From sequence record SRR22947725_2658: 47,045 bases of DNA; one strand, given 5' to 3'. The position numbers and the translations under genes are program-made. The notes beneath the pieces are model-generated. The model had not been told where the DNA came from and ran no database searches. It saw only the letters and a program-made list of their open reading frames with translations. Positions 17,533-27,093 of the stretch are shown here, in pieces. How positions within the stretch are numbered: position 1 is the stretch's first letter; the number at the start of each line of letters is the position of its first letter.

Positions 17533-20352
17533 TTAATGCGCCTCTAGCCAATGTATTCCAGATCCTATCTCTACCTCAATGGGCACTTCCAAAGGCAGTG
17601 CATGAATCATTGATTCCCGGACCAAGGGTTCGATTTCCTGTTGCTCTGATTCTTCGAGATCGAAGACCAATTCGTCGTGAACCTGGAGTACAAGCCTTGA
17701 TTGAAAAGAGCGTTCTTCCATGGCACGCCAAATGGCGGACATCGCCAATTTAATCATGTCTGCTGCAGTTCCCTGGATAGGGGCATTGATCGCATTACGC
17801 TCGGCCATGCTGCGGATAGTGCCATTGGCGGATTGCACATCAGGTAAATACCTTCGTCGTCCTGTCAATGTCTCGACATAACCTTTGGACCTGGCCGATT
17901 CCAGGGTTTCTTCCATGTAATCTTTGATGCTTGGGAAACTTTCGAAATAGTGTTCAATAATTTCGGCTGCTTCCTTGCGAGGAATGCCAAGTCGCTGTGA
18001 CAATCCGAATGCCGAGATGCCGTACATGACCCCGAAGTTCACTGTTTTGGCTTTGCGCCGCATTTCCTTGGTCACGTTTTCGAGGTCTACTTTATATACA
18101 TGTGCGGCCGTAGCCGCATGAATATCGCCACCAGTTTCAAAAGCAGACTGCATGGCAGGGTCACCACTCATAGAGGCCATGATGCGAAGCTCGATCTGAG
18201 AATAGTCGGCAGAAAGTAAGCAAAATCCCTCCCTCCGTGGCACAAAGGCTCTGCGGATTTCTTGTCCCAATTCACGACGGATGGGAATGTTCTGCAGATT
18301 CGGATTCTGCGAATTCAATCGGCCAGTTGCTGTTGCTGTCTGATGAAATGTGGTGTGAATGCGGTCTGTTTCTTTAAAGATACTTTGAGGTAGTGCCTCC
18401 GCGTAGGTACTCCGCAATTTGGTGACTGCTCGGAATTCCAGAATTTTTCGAACGATCTCATGTTCCGTCGACAAGGTTTGGAGAACATTTTCATTGGTGG
18501 CATATTGACCTGTCTTCGTTTTCTTGGGTTTTTCTACCAGTTTGAGTTTTTCAAACAGCACCTCGCCCAGTTGTTTGGGAGAAGCGATGTTAAATTCAGA
18601 GCCGGCAATACCATGGATTTCCTTTTCAAGTTCGGTTTTTATCTCCAGTAACTGCGCAGAAAATTTGACCATGGAATCAGTATCCAGTCGGATACCTTCG
18701 TATTCCATGGATACCAGAACCGGAAGCAAAGGCATCTCAATATCGTAAAACACTCTGCTCAAGTTCAGTAAATCAATCTTCGGGTGAAGGTTTTCGAACA
18801 ATTGCCAGGTAACGTCCGCATCTTCTGCCGCGTATTCTGCCAATGCAGCAAGAGGAACATCTTTCATGGAGTGTTGATCTTTACCTTTGGGGCCAATCAA
18901 TGATTCGATGGAAACGGGTGTATATCCAAGCAAGGCCTCTGCCACAACATCCATGCCATGTTTTTGGCCGGGTTTGACGAGGCTATGCAAAATCATCGTA
19001 TCAATGAACGGTCCACTGACGGTATAGCCGTTCCAGGCGAGAACGCTCAGATCGTATTTCAGATTGTGTCCGACTTTTTTGATATTTGGATTTGTGAGGA
19101 TGGCTGATAATTTATCCTTCACCACCGAATCGGGCAGGCATCCCTTACCGTTTACAGGCAGATAACAGGCGGTCCCTGCTTCCCAGCAGAAGGAGAACCC
19201 AATCAATTCCACTGTTTTGGGGTCCAGTCCTGTTGTTTCAGTATCCAAACAAAAGCAATCTTGCTGTTTTAATTTTTGAATCAAATTATCCAAATCAGGT
19301 TCTGTTTGAATGCAGGTGTATTTGTGCTGGACGTCTGAGATTGTTTTGAAATGGGCATCTGCTGATAAAACTTCATCTGTTTCCTCGGGTGATGCCTGAT
19401 TGCCTGAAAAATCCAGTTCCACTTGATCCTGTTGCTTTTTCGGGGATTTTTCAGGTTTGAATCCTTGCCCGGTTTTGAAGGATGGTCCGAAGAGGCGTTT
19501 TCCTAAGGTGTTAAATTCCCATTCAAGAATGAGTGGCTTTAAAAGATCTTGGCTGGGCTCGGTCAGGATCATGGATGTCTCATCAAAATCCAATGGAACA
19601 TTGAGATCAATGGTGGCCAGCTTTTTGCTCAGCAGTGCCTGATCTTTGTTGGCGATTAATTTTTCCCCAAGCTTACCTTTGATTGAACCTGCGTTTTCAA
19701 GGAGAGATTCAATTGATTGATATTCATGGATGAGTTTGATAGCTGTTTTTTCTCCTACACCTGGAACGCCCGGAATGTTATCGGATGCATCTCCCCAAAG
19801 TCCAAGAATGTCGATGACTTGATTTGGATGTCTTATTTGCCAGCGCTTACATGTTTCATCCATGCCTTCAATCTCGGGGGCTCCACCTTTTCGCCCCGGT
19901 TTGAAGAGGAAGGTCTGGGGGGTAACGAGTTGTGAGAAATCCTTGTCTGGTGTGACCATATAGGTGGTGAAACCCTTCGTTTCCGCCACACGTGCCAAGG
20001 TTCCAATGATGTCATCTGCCTCAAAGCCATCCATGCTTATCAATGGTATATCCATGGCTTTGCAAAGTCGGTGGATTTCAGGTATGGCCAGGGCAAGTTC
20101 CTCTGGCATGGCTTCTCGCTGTGCCTTGTAGGCGGGAAATATTTTGTGTCTTTCGGTGGGGGCCGATGTATCAAGCGCTACAGCAAGATGTGTTGGCTTG
20201 CGATTTTCCTTGAGATCGAGCAACACATTCAAAAACCCGTAAACCGCCGAAGTGTTTACCCCTTTAGAACTTCGGATCGGATTGGAAATAAAAGCGAAAT
20301 GTGCTCGATACAGTAGCGCCATTCCATCCAATAGAAATAATGTCTTACCCAT
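17533..20352 (-). CDS. polA: DNA polymerase I (5'-3' exonuclease, 3'-5' exonuclease, polymerase)
   Basis: LFLLDGMALLYRAHFA, GFEADD, GDASDNIPGVPGVGEKTA, ExoI LDTETTG, ADYSQIELR, RRKAKTVNFG..YG, QVHDEL; likely start MGKTLF at 20352 (ORF track 20412). Confidence 0.98.
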   Translation of the reverse strand: MGKTLFLLDGMALLYRAHFAFISNPIRSSKGVNTSAVYGFLNVLLDLKENRKPTHLAVALDTSAPTERHKIFPAYKAQREAMPEELALAIPEIHRLCKAMDIPLISMDGFEADDIIGTLARVAETKGFTTYMVTPDKDFSQLVTPQTFLFKPGRKGGAPEIEGMDETCKRWQIRHPNQVIDILGLWGDASDNIPGVPGVGEKTAIKLIHEYQSIESLLENAGSIKGKLGEKLIANKDQALLSKKLATIDLNVPLDFDETSMILTEPSQDLLKPLILEWEFNTLGKRLFGPSFKTGQGFKPEKSPKKQQDQVELDFSGNQASPEETDEVLSADAHFKTISDVQHKYTCIQTEPDLDNLIQKLKQQDCFCLDTETTGLDPKTVELIGFSFCWEAGTACYLPVNGKGCLPDSVVKDKLSAILTNPNIKKVGHNLKYDLSVLAWNGYTVSGPFIDTMILHSLVKPGQKHGMDVVAEALLGYTPVSIESLIGPKGKDQHSMKDVPLAALAEYAAEDADVTWQLFENLHPKIDLLNLSRVFYDIEMPLLPVLVSMEYEGIRLDTDSMVKFSAQLLEIKTELEKEIHGIAGSEFNIASPKQLGEVLFEKLKLVEKPKKTKTGQYATNENVLQTLSTEHEIVRKILEFRAVTKLRSTYAEALPQSIFKETDRIHTTFHQTATATGRLNSQNPNLQNIPIRRELGQEIRRAFVPRREGFCLLSADYSQIELRIMASMSGDPAMQSAFETGGDIHAATAAHVYKVDLENVTKEMRRKAKTVNFGVMYGISAFGLSQRLGIPRKEAAEIIEHYFESFPSIKDYMEETLESARSKGYVETLTGRRRYLPDVQSANGTIRSMAERNAINAPIQGTAADMIKLAMSAIWRAMEERSFQSRLVLQVHDELVFDLEESEQQEIEPLVRESMIHALPLEVPIEVEIGSGIHWLEAH

Positions 20353-20791
20353 GTCGGTGGTTGTAACTCTTCTGGATAATGATTCAAAGGAATTAACAGG
20401 TCTGGTTTTCATACAGGCGGCTTTCCTGCAAATGGTAAACGCGTGTATCTTGATTTATTTCGAGGATCATGCGCCATGAAAATGATCAAACGCAGGGGAA
20501 AGGTCAGAGGTAGATCGGATTGTTCCCGATTCGAGTTGCTCGAAAGGGATAGCCTGCTGGTTCCCTGGCTCGTTTTTATTTTTATTCTCTGCTGTTTGCG
20601 ATAGTTTCTCTCCAATGAATCACATCGAATCAAGGGTTGGGTTTGGTTTTATGAGGGTGAGGATGTAGATGCAGAGCTGAAGCGTTTATCCAGAACTCAC
20701 TCCTTACCAATGCCCGGAGAGGTGTCACCTTAGGGGGAAAACGACGCAAAAGCTCCGGCGCACTGGCGGTTTAGATGCCGCTCATCAGCAC

Positions 20792-20819
20792 TTGTCATTG
20801 GGATGATTTTGTGTAGTAT
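20792..20819 (+). promoter_or_regulatory. Putative sigma70-type promoter for the DUF1549/DUF1553-DUF1501-sulfatase unit
   Basis: TTGTCA (20792-20797), 16 bp spacer, TAGTAT (20814-20819), 10 bp before ATG 20830. Confidence 0.3.
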
Positions 20820-20829
20820 TTTACCACCC

Positions 20830-22719
20830 ATGAAACCATTGTTGAGATACATCTTCAGACATGAGGACACCACATTCGATTGTGGTCTGTTACGTGGTCG
20901 GTTTCTTCTGATCCTGGGCTTTTCATGTTCCTTCCTGCTGGGGGCTGTATCAAATCTCGCCGATTCGTATGGAGACGGTATTGATTGGGATGAGGCTGCC
21001 TCCTTCTGGGCTGTTCAACCTCCTGTATCAGGACAAAGGCCCTCAGTGAAATCCAATGACTGGCCGCGGCAACGCCTCGATTTTTTTATTTTATCATCGC
21101 TTGAAAATAAAGGCCTTGAGCCTGCTCAAGAGGCTTCAAGATCGATGATCCTCAGACGACTTTATTTTGACCTGACTGGATTGCCTCCAAGTTACGAAGA
21201 TATCTTGGATTTTGTTCAGGATTCATCTCCAGATGCCTATCAGCAGAGGGTCGATCGATTGTTGGAATCACCTCGCTTTGGGGAGCGAATGGCAAGCATG
21301 TGGCTGAATCTGGCTCGCTATGCTGAAGATCAGGCTCATCAGGTAGGCAACGACACGAAAGATTTCTATCCCAACGCATACCGTTACCGGCAATGGGTGA
21401 TCGACGCCTTCAATCGCGATCTGAAATACACTGATTTCATAAAACTGCAATTGGCGGGAGATCTCTACGAAGACACTTCACACGAAGATTTGGTTGCTAC
21501 CGGATTTATTGGTCTGGGTCCCAAATATTACAACCGAGGCCGCTTGGAGGTGAAGGCCGAAGAATGGGCTGATCAAGTGGACACTGTGATGCGAACTTTT
21601 CAAGGCATGACAGTCAGTTGTGCCCGTTGTCATGATCATAAATTCGATCCAATCACCATGAGAGACTATTACGGGCTGGCTGGGGTATTCTCCAGCACCG
21701 AACTGGTGAATGTGGCCTACGACAAACCCAGTGATCAGGTCAGTAAAGAAGATCTCAAGGCGCATCGATTCACCGCACACCTGGTCAAAGACAGGAAAGG
21801 TGAAGATCTTGCAATCTTCCAGCGTGGTAATGTGGATCAGCCAGGCGTTAAAGCGCCAAGAGGATTTCCCCGGTGGCTGAGCAGCGACCAGTCGGTCAGT
21901 TTCAAAACTGAAGAGAGTGGACGGCGCGAATTGGCCGACCGCATTGCTGCAAAAGAAAATCCATTGACGGCCCGTATATACGTCAATCGTTTGTGGTCGT
22001 TATTTTTCGGGCGTGGTCTCGTGGGTAGTCTCAGTAATTTCGGTGCATTGGGGGATGAGCCTACGCATCCCGAACTTCTGGATGATCTTGCAGTGCGATT
22101 CATCAAGAACAGTGCCTCAACCAAATACCTGGTCAGGGAAATGGTAATGTCATCCACCTACAGGCAATCTTCACTTGGGGGCTCTGATTCATTACAGAAA
22201 GATCCAGACAATCAATGGCTCTCACGCATGCCCCGACGACGTTTGAGTGTCGAAATGTGGAGAGATTCACTACTGGCTGTTTCTGGTAATCTGCATTTAA
22301 AAGGTGGTCCATCTCTGGAATTGAATGACCCGGAAAATGTTCGTCGAACCGTTTTCGCTCGAGTCAGTCGCCTCAAGTTGAACGATCTTTTGATACAAAT
22401 GGATTACCCCGATGCGAATGTTCACGCCGACAAACGCAGTGTTACGACAACGCCTCTTCAAAAACTTTTTGCCATGAATAGTTCTTTCATGCTTCGGCAG
22501 GCAGATCAACTGGTTAAGAAATTAGTAGATCAAACGGGCATTAAAGAGGGCGTCCGAAAGGTCTATCAACACATACTTGCAAGAGCTCCGGACGAAACCG
22601 AACACACTCTTGCAAAAGCATTTCTCATGAAGCCTGGAAAGGAATCCCCAACAAAGGAGCGTTGGGGGTTACTGGCACAAGCACTGATGATTTCCAATGA
22701 AATGCTTTACCTCGATTAA
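20830..22719 (+). CDS. DUF1549 + DUF1553 domain protein (compact form, one CxxCH)
   Basis: LRRLYFDLTGLPP, LLESPRFGERMA..WL.LARYAED, VSCARCHDHKFDPI, NPLTARIYVNRLW, PTHPELLDDLA, SNEMLYLD; start 20830 or 20803. Confidence 0.94.
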   Translation: MKPLLRYIFRHEDTTFDCGLLRGRFLLILGFSCSFLLGAVSNLADSYGDGIDWDEAASFWAVQPPVSGQRPSVKSNDWPRQRLDFFILSSLENKGLEPAQEASRSMILRRLYFDLTGLPPSYEDILDFVQDSSPDAYQQRVDRLLESPRFGERMASMWLNLARYAEDQAHQVGNDTKDFYPNAYRYRQWVIDAFNRDLKYTDFIKLQLAGDLYEDTSHEDLVATGFIGLGPKYYNRGRLEVKAEEWADQVDTVMRTFQGMTVSCARCHDHKFDPITMRDYYGLAGVFSSTELVNVAYDKPSDQVSKEDLKAHRFTAHLVKDRKGEDLAIFQRGNVDQPGVKAPRGFPRWLSSDQSVSFKTEESGRRELADRIAAKENPLTARIYVNRLWSLFFGRGLVGSLSNFGALGDEPTHPELLDDLAVRFIKNSASTKYLVREMVMSSTYRQSSLGGSDSLQKDPDNQWLSRMPRRRLSVEMWRDSLLAVSGNLHLKGGPSLELNDPENVRRTVFARVSRLKLNDLLIQMDYPDANVHADKRSVTTTPLQKLFAMNSSFMLRQADQLVKKLVDQTGIKEGVRKVYQHILARAPDETEHTLAKAFLMKPGKESPTKERWGLLAQALMISNEMLYLD

Positions 22720-22722
22720 CCC

Positions 22723-24159
22723 ATGAATATTCCCACGCGCCCCAATCTGGAAACGATCGCGGCAAATATGTCTCGCCGCACCATGCTTGAAAAAACCGCG
22801 GTAGGCTCCGGAATGCTTGGCCTTGCCGGCTTGATCAGTGCACAACAGGCTCAATCGGGTAAGCTCGAAACACCCCGACAAGAGCTACAGGTAAAGCCAA
22901 GAGCAAAGCGTGTCATCTTTCTTTTCATGAATGGTGGCCCTTCCCACGTGGATACATTTGATCCCAAACCAGCATTGGTACGTTATGAAGGAAGCCAACC
23001 CACCGGAGATCTTTACAAGAAGCCCAAATCATCCGGTTTCATGCCATCCCCCTTCAGTTTCAGTAATCATGGTCAGAGCGGTATTCCGGTCAGTGAATCC
23101 TTGCCTCACCTATCCAAGGTCATTGATGATTGCTGCATCATCCGTTCAATGCATACGGATGTTCCCAATCATGAGCCGGCATTGTTGCAGATGCATACAG
23201 GAAATATTCAGCCTATACGACCTGCGTTTGGATCCTGGTTGTTATACGGGCTGGGAACAGAAAATCAAAATTTACCGGGTTATGTCGTACTTCGCCCCAG
23301 CTCCAACATCGTGGTAGGGCCTGCCTTGTGGTCCAATAGTTTCCTGCCCGCGAAATATCAGGCAACAAGCATTCTTACGTCTGATCTCAAGGTGGATAAA
23401 TTAATCCGTCACATTCGCAATCCACGGTATTCGTTGCAGGAGCAGAGGGAACAACTCGACTTGGTAGAAGCCTTGAATCAAAAGCACATGGAGGCAAGGG
23501 AAGGGGATAGCGAGCTGGAAGCGCAAATTCGCTCCATGGAAACCGCTTACCGCATGCAAATGCAGGCATTTGACACTCTGGATCTCGAAAAAGAGTCAGA
23601 AAGCACGAGGGAAATGTATGGGAAATCGACATTTGCCCAATCGTGCCTCATGGCACGTCGGTTAGTGGAATCTGGTGTAAGGTGTGTCACTGTTTACTAC
23701 ACCAACAAGGGCAATCAACCGTGGGATACACATTCTAATCACAATGCTTCTCATACCAAATTATGCGCTGATAGTGATCAGGCAAGCGCGGCTTTGATCA
23801 CGGATCTCAAGCGTCGCGGATTACTGGAAGATACATTGGTGGTCTGGGGCGGGGAATTTGGACGTACTCCTTATTCGGAGATCCGTAATGGTGATGACAA
23901 GCCGGCTGGCCGAGATCATCATCACACGGCGTTTTCGATGTTACTGGCAGGAGGAGGCGTGAAGGGTGGCTTGGTGTATGGTGGTTCAGATGAGCTGGGA
24001 ATGATGGCTACCGAAAACCCAATGCACGTGCACGATTTTCATGCGACTTTATTGCACTTGATGGGCCTGGATCATGAAAAGTTAACCTATCGATATTCTG
24101 GGCGAGATTTTCGACTCACTGATGTGCATGGCTCTGTATGTCACGAAATCATGGTTTGA
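22723..24159 (+). CDS. DUF1501 family protein (Tat-signal)
   Basis: SRRTML Tat motif; AKRVIFLFMNGGPSHVDTFDPKP, ARRLVESGVR, WDTH, GGEFGRTP, GRDH, LTYRYSGRDFRLTDVHG. Confidence 0.95.
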   Translation: MNIPTRPNLETIAANMSRRTMLEKTAVGSGMLGLAGLISAQQAQSGKLETPRQELQVKPRAKRVIFLFMNGGPSHVDTFDPKPALVRYEGSQPTGDLYKKPKSSGFMPSPFSFSNHGQSGIPVSESLPHLSKVIDDCCIIRSMHTDVPNHEPALLQMHTGNIQPIRPAFGSWLLYGLGTENQNLPGYVVLRPSSNIVVGPALWSNSFLPAKYQATSILTSDLKVDKLIRHIRNPRYSLQEQREQLDLVEALNQKHMEAREGDSELEAQIRSMETAYRMQMQAFDTLDLEKESESTREMYGKSTFAQSCLMARRLVESGVRCVTVYYTNKGNQPWDTHSNHNASHTKLCADSDQASAALITDLKRRGLLEDTLVVWGGEFGRTPYSEIRNGDDKPAGRDHHHTAFSMLLAGGGVKGGLVYGGSDELGMMATENPMHVHDFHATLLHLMGLDHEKLTYRYSGRDFRLTDVHGSVCHEIMV

Positions 24160-24191
24160 TCGTGAAACTCAAACTTCAAGGGAAGGATGCA

Positions 24192-25691
24192 ATGATCAAC
24201 TCAGTCTTATTCAGGTGTTTTACAATAAATGGATATCTGGTTTTTCTTTTTGCCAGTTTGCTTCCAATGCCGGTCGATGCTGGCGATTCGCCTAATTTGG
24301 TGTTTATCTTGGCAGATGACATGGGATATGGGGATATTCAGGCCTATAATCCAAAGTCCAAAATCCCCACACCAAATCTGAATCGATTAGCGCATGAGGG
24401 GATGCGATTTACGGATGCTCATACACCTTCTGCTGTATGCACGCCGACCCGATATGGATTGCTTACAGGTCGCTATTGCTGGAGATCCAGATTGAAGCGG
24501 GGTGTATTGAACGGTTACAGCGATCATCTCATACAAGAGGATCGTTTGACCTTACCTCGCTTTTTAAAAGGACATGGGTATCACACGGGTGTGGTGGGGA
24601 AATGGCATCTCGGGTTGGATTTTCATCGGCTGTCCAATCATGAGGATATCGATTACACTCAAGCTGTGCGATGGGGGCCCAACGACTTTGGTTTTGAATA
24701 CAGCTATATCATTCCCGCTTCACTGGATTTTCCACCTTATGTGTATCTTGAGAATCAACAGGTAACAGGATTGCCTGATAAACGGCAAGCAAAGCAACCC
24801 TTTCCTGCCTACCTTCGCGAAGGCCCCATTGGATCCGATTTTATCATGGAGGATTGTCTGGATCAATTGACGGACAAGGCCGTGGGTTTTCTGGAACAAA
24901 ACAGCGAGTCGGAAAACCCTTTCTTTTTATACATGCCATTGACAGCTCCTCACAAACCAGTGCTTCCACATGCCCGCTTCAAAGGTCATACCAAGCTTGG
25001 ACCCTATGGAGATTTTATCGTCCAGTGTGATGCTATCGTTGGCCGTGTCCTTGAATCGCTGGATGCATTAAATTTGAAGGGCAGCACGATGGTCGTCTTC
25101 TCGAGCGACAATGGGTCGTTCATGCGACGGCTTAACGATTCCAGTGTCGAGGATCATGTCGATGATGAGAGTGCACAGGCCTATCGGGCCGATCGTCACA
25201 CCTCAAACGGTCCATTGCGCGGCACTAAAGGTGATGTATGGGAAGCAGGGCATCGCGTGCCCTTTCTGGTGCGGTTTCCAGGCAGGATCAAAGCTGGCTT
25301 TGCGTGCCAACAAACCATTTGTCTGACGGATTACTATGCCACGGTCGCACAGCTCATAGATCGTAACATCCCTTCAGCAGCAGGCGAGGACAGCGTCAGT
25401 TTTTTGTCATTGCTGCACGCGCCCGAAGCAGATCATCATCGTCCGCCCGTGATTCATCACTCTGGTGCAGGCATGTTTGCGATTCGTGATGGGAGATGGA
25501 AGTTGGTGCTTGGAAGCGGGTCAGGTGGGAGGGAACAACCCAGAGGAAAGGCGTTTGAGAAACCTTTTGCCTTGTTCGATCTCAAAGCTGATTTATCGGA
25601 AAAAGTGAACCTGATCGAATCACAATCTGAGGTGGCTGAATTGTTGGAGGGGCAATTCTGGAGGATTCATGAAAGAGGGCACAGCCGTTGA
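24192..25691 (+). CDS. Formylglycine-dependent (S1) arylsulfatase, secreted
   Basis: PNLVFILADDMGYGD, CTPTRYGLLTGR (CxPxR), GKWHLG, SSDNG, RGTKGDVWEAGHRVP; signal peptide after likely start 24192. Confidence 0.95.
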   Translation: MINSVLFRCFTINGYLVFLFASLLPMPVDAGDSPNLVFILADDMGYGDIQAYNPKSKIPTPNLNRLAHEGMRFTDAHTPSAVCTPTRYGLLTGRYCWRSRLKRGVLNGYSDHLIQEDRLTLPRFLKGHGYHTGVVGKWHLGLDFHRLSNHEDIDYTQAVRWGPNDFGFEYSYIIPASLDFPPYVYLENQQVTGLPDKRQAKQPFPAYLREGPIGSDFIMEDCLDQLTDKAVGFLEQNSESENPFFLYMPLTAPHKPVLPHARFKGHTKLGPYGDFIVQCDAIVGRVLESLDALNLKGSTMVVFSSDNGSFMRRLNDSSVEDHVDDESAQAYRADRHTSNGPLRGTKGDVWEAGHRVPFLVRFPGRIKAGFACQQTICLTDYYATVAQLIDRNIPSAAGEDSVSFLSLLHAPEADHHRPPVIHHSGAGMFAIRDGRWKLVLGSGSGGREQPRGKAFEKPFALFDLKADLSEKVNLIESQSEVAELLEGQFWRIHERGHSR

Positions 25692-25738
25692 TTCATAACA
25701 AGCCGAGAGCTTGGCATTAAATGATCGCTGGATGTGTT

Positions 25739-26353
25739 TTATTGGGCGGCCGTGATTACCTGTTTGTTGTCGCGTCGTTTGATGGCCGTTAGTGGCATGC
25801 CGCCGTAAATGGTCCATGGTTTCAGGTCGTGATGCACGATGGACCCAGCAGAAACGACGGCTCCTTCTCCGATTTTTACACCAGGGAAGATGATGCTGTT
25901 GGTGTAAATGACGGCATGATCTCCGACTTCAATCGTGGATCGGTGTGCCTTGCGGCAGCTTTTGGAGACTGTAGGGTTGGTCAATCCTTCAGTGATATTT
26001 TCTGTGCCAGTAATCAATCTGACTCCCGCACCAATACTGGCATAATCACCGATAACGCATTCACCTCCTCCAGAAATGGATGAGGTGAATGCAAGATGGA
26101 CATGGCGTCCGATAGCAATACCTTTACCCGCAAAAAGGAATACCCCTTCATCGATCTGAGTATGATCACCGACAGAGACCGCCTCAGGGTTATCGATTCG
26201 GGCACCAGTGAAAATTTTCACGTTCTTGCCAAGTTGTTTAAACTGGCTTCGAATGAAGTCTGCATCAAGGAGGGATCCTGGTCCCAAAGTAGCTTGGCTC
26301 ATACGGTCATTTTGTTGAATGAAGTTGCTTTGAATCAGTGGTGAGTCCGGCAT
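25739..26353 (-). CDS. Hexapeptide-repeat (left-handed beta-helix) acyltransferase, AntD-like
   Basis: LGKNVKI, VGDHTQI, IGRHVHL, IGDYASI, IFPGVKIGEGAVV repeats; WTIYGGMP..IKRR tail; TAATG overlap with the SDR gene. Confidence 0.88.
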   Translation of the reverse strand: MPDSPLIQSNFIQQNDRMSQATLGPGSLLDADFIRSQFKQLGKNVKIFTGARIDNPEAVSVGDHTQIDEGVFLFAGKGIAIGRHVHLAFTSSISGGGECVIGDYASIGAGVRLITGTENITEGLTNPTVSKSCRKAHRSTIEVGDHAVIYTNSIIFPGVKIGEGAVVSAGSIVHHDLKPWTIYGGMPLTAIKRRDNKQVITAAQ

Positions 26354-27093
26354 TAACTCGTCAGTCCTCCATCAATGACGCACTCTGATCCAGTAGTGAA
26401 ATTGGAGGATTCGGATAAGAGATGCAGCACTGTATGAACGATTTCAGATGGCATGCCCAGACGATTCAACGGCGTCCTTCTGCGAACCGCTTCGGTTTGA
26501 TTTGAATGGAGAGATGCGGTCATTTCAGTTTTCAGAAAACCCGGTAAAACCACATTGCTCCGAATGCCTCTTTGTCCATATTCTCGCGCAACACTTTTCG
26601 AAAACCCGCAAAGGCCTGCTTTTGTTGCAGCGTAAACGCTCAGCCCTTTGAATCCACGTTTTGCGCAGGTGGAAGAAATAAATACCAAGCTACCCTTGGT
26701 CTCAGAGGCAAGGAACCCTTTCAATATGGCCTGTGTCATCAGAATTACGGAATAAAGATTGATATCCAGGGCTTGTCGAATCTTGGGTTTCGGCATCATG
26801 GTCAGAAGTCCGTCTGCTCCAAGTGCAGCATTGGCAACAAAGCCATCAAAGGTTGTTGTAACCAGACCAGCTTGATCAATGAGTGAGAGCACATTCGCCT
26901 CGTTGGAAAGATCTGCCTTGATAAAGGAAAGACTATTGCCGAATTCAGATTCCAAAGATTCGATTTCGGGAGTTTGGGAGCGGGCACAGGTCACTAATCT
27001 TGCATTAGACTTCAATAGTGCGCGACATAACTCAAGACCAAGACCCTTGCTGCCTCCTGTCACGAAAAAGCGCTTATTACTTAAGTCCTTCAT
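26353..27093 (-). CDS. FabG-like short-chain dehydrogenase/reductase
   Basis: VTGGSKGLG, ANAA, YAATK, NVVLPGFLKTEMT, TPLNRLG, IDGG; start MKDLSNK at 27093 overlaps the upstream stop (ATGA). Confidence 0.92.
   Translation of the reverse strand: MKDLSNKRFFVTGGSKGLGLELCRALLKSNARLVTCARSQTPEIESLESEFGNSLSFIKADLSNEANVLSLIDQAGLVTTTFDGFVANAALGADGLLTMMPKPKIRQALDINLYSVILMTQAILKGFLASETKGSLVFISSTCAKRGFKGLSVYAATKAGLCGFSKSVAREYGQRGIRSNVVLPGFLKTEMTASLHSNQTEAVRRRTPLNRLGMPSEIVHTVLHLLSESSNFTTGSECVIDGGLTS

Noticed and set aside
17200..20742. 11-bp direct repeat AGGGGGAAAAC on both sides of polA
   Set aside because: Many 11-mer matches are expected by chance in 47 kb; there is no recombinase or transposase, and polA is a core gene.
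20741..20790. GACGCAAAAGCTCCGG resembling the c-di-GMP-I riboswitch core
   Set aside because: The upstream GGCAAACC...GAAA...GG hairpin and the downstream tetraloop-receptor stem are missing.
20760..20790. Minus-strand CTGATGA followed by a GCGG/CCGC stem, like a hammerhead ribozyme core
   Set aside because: The stem is followed by CAGT rather than the essential GAAA, and no stems I or III can be formed.
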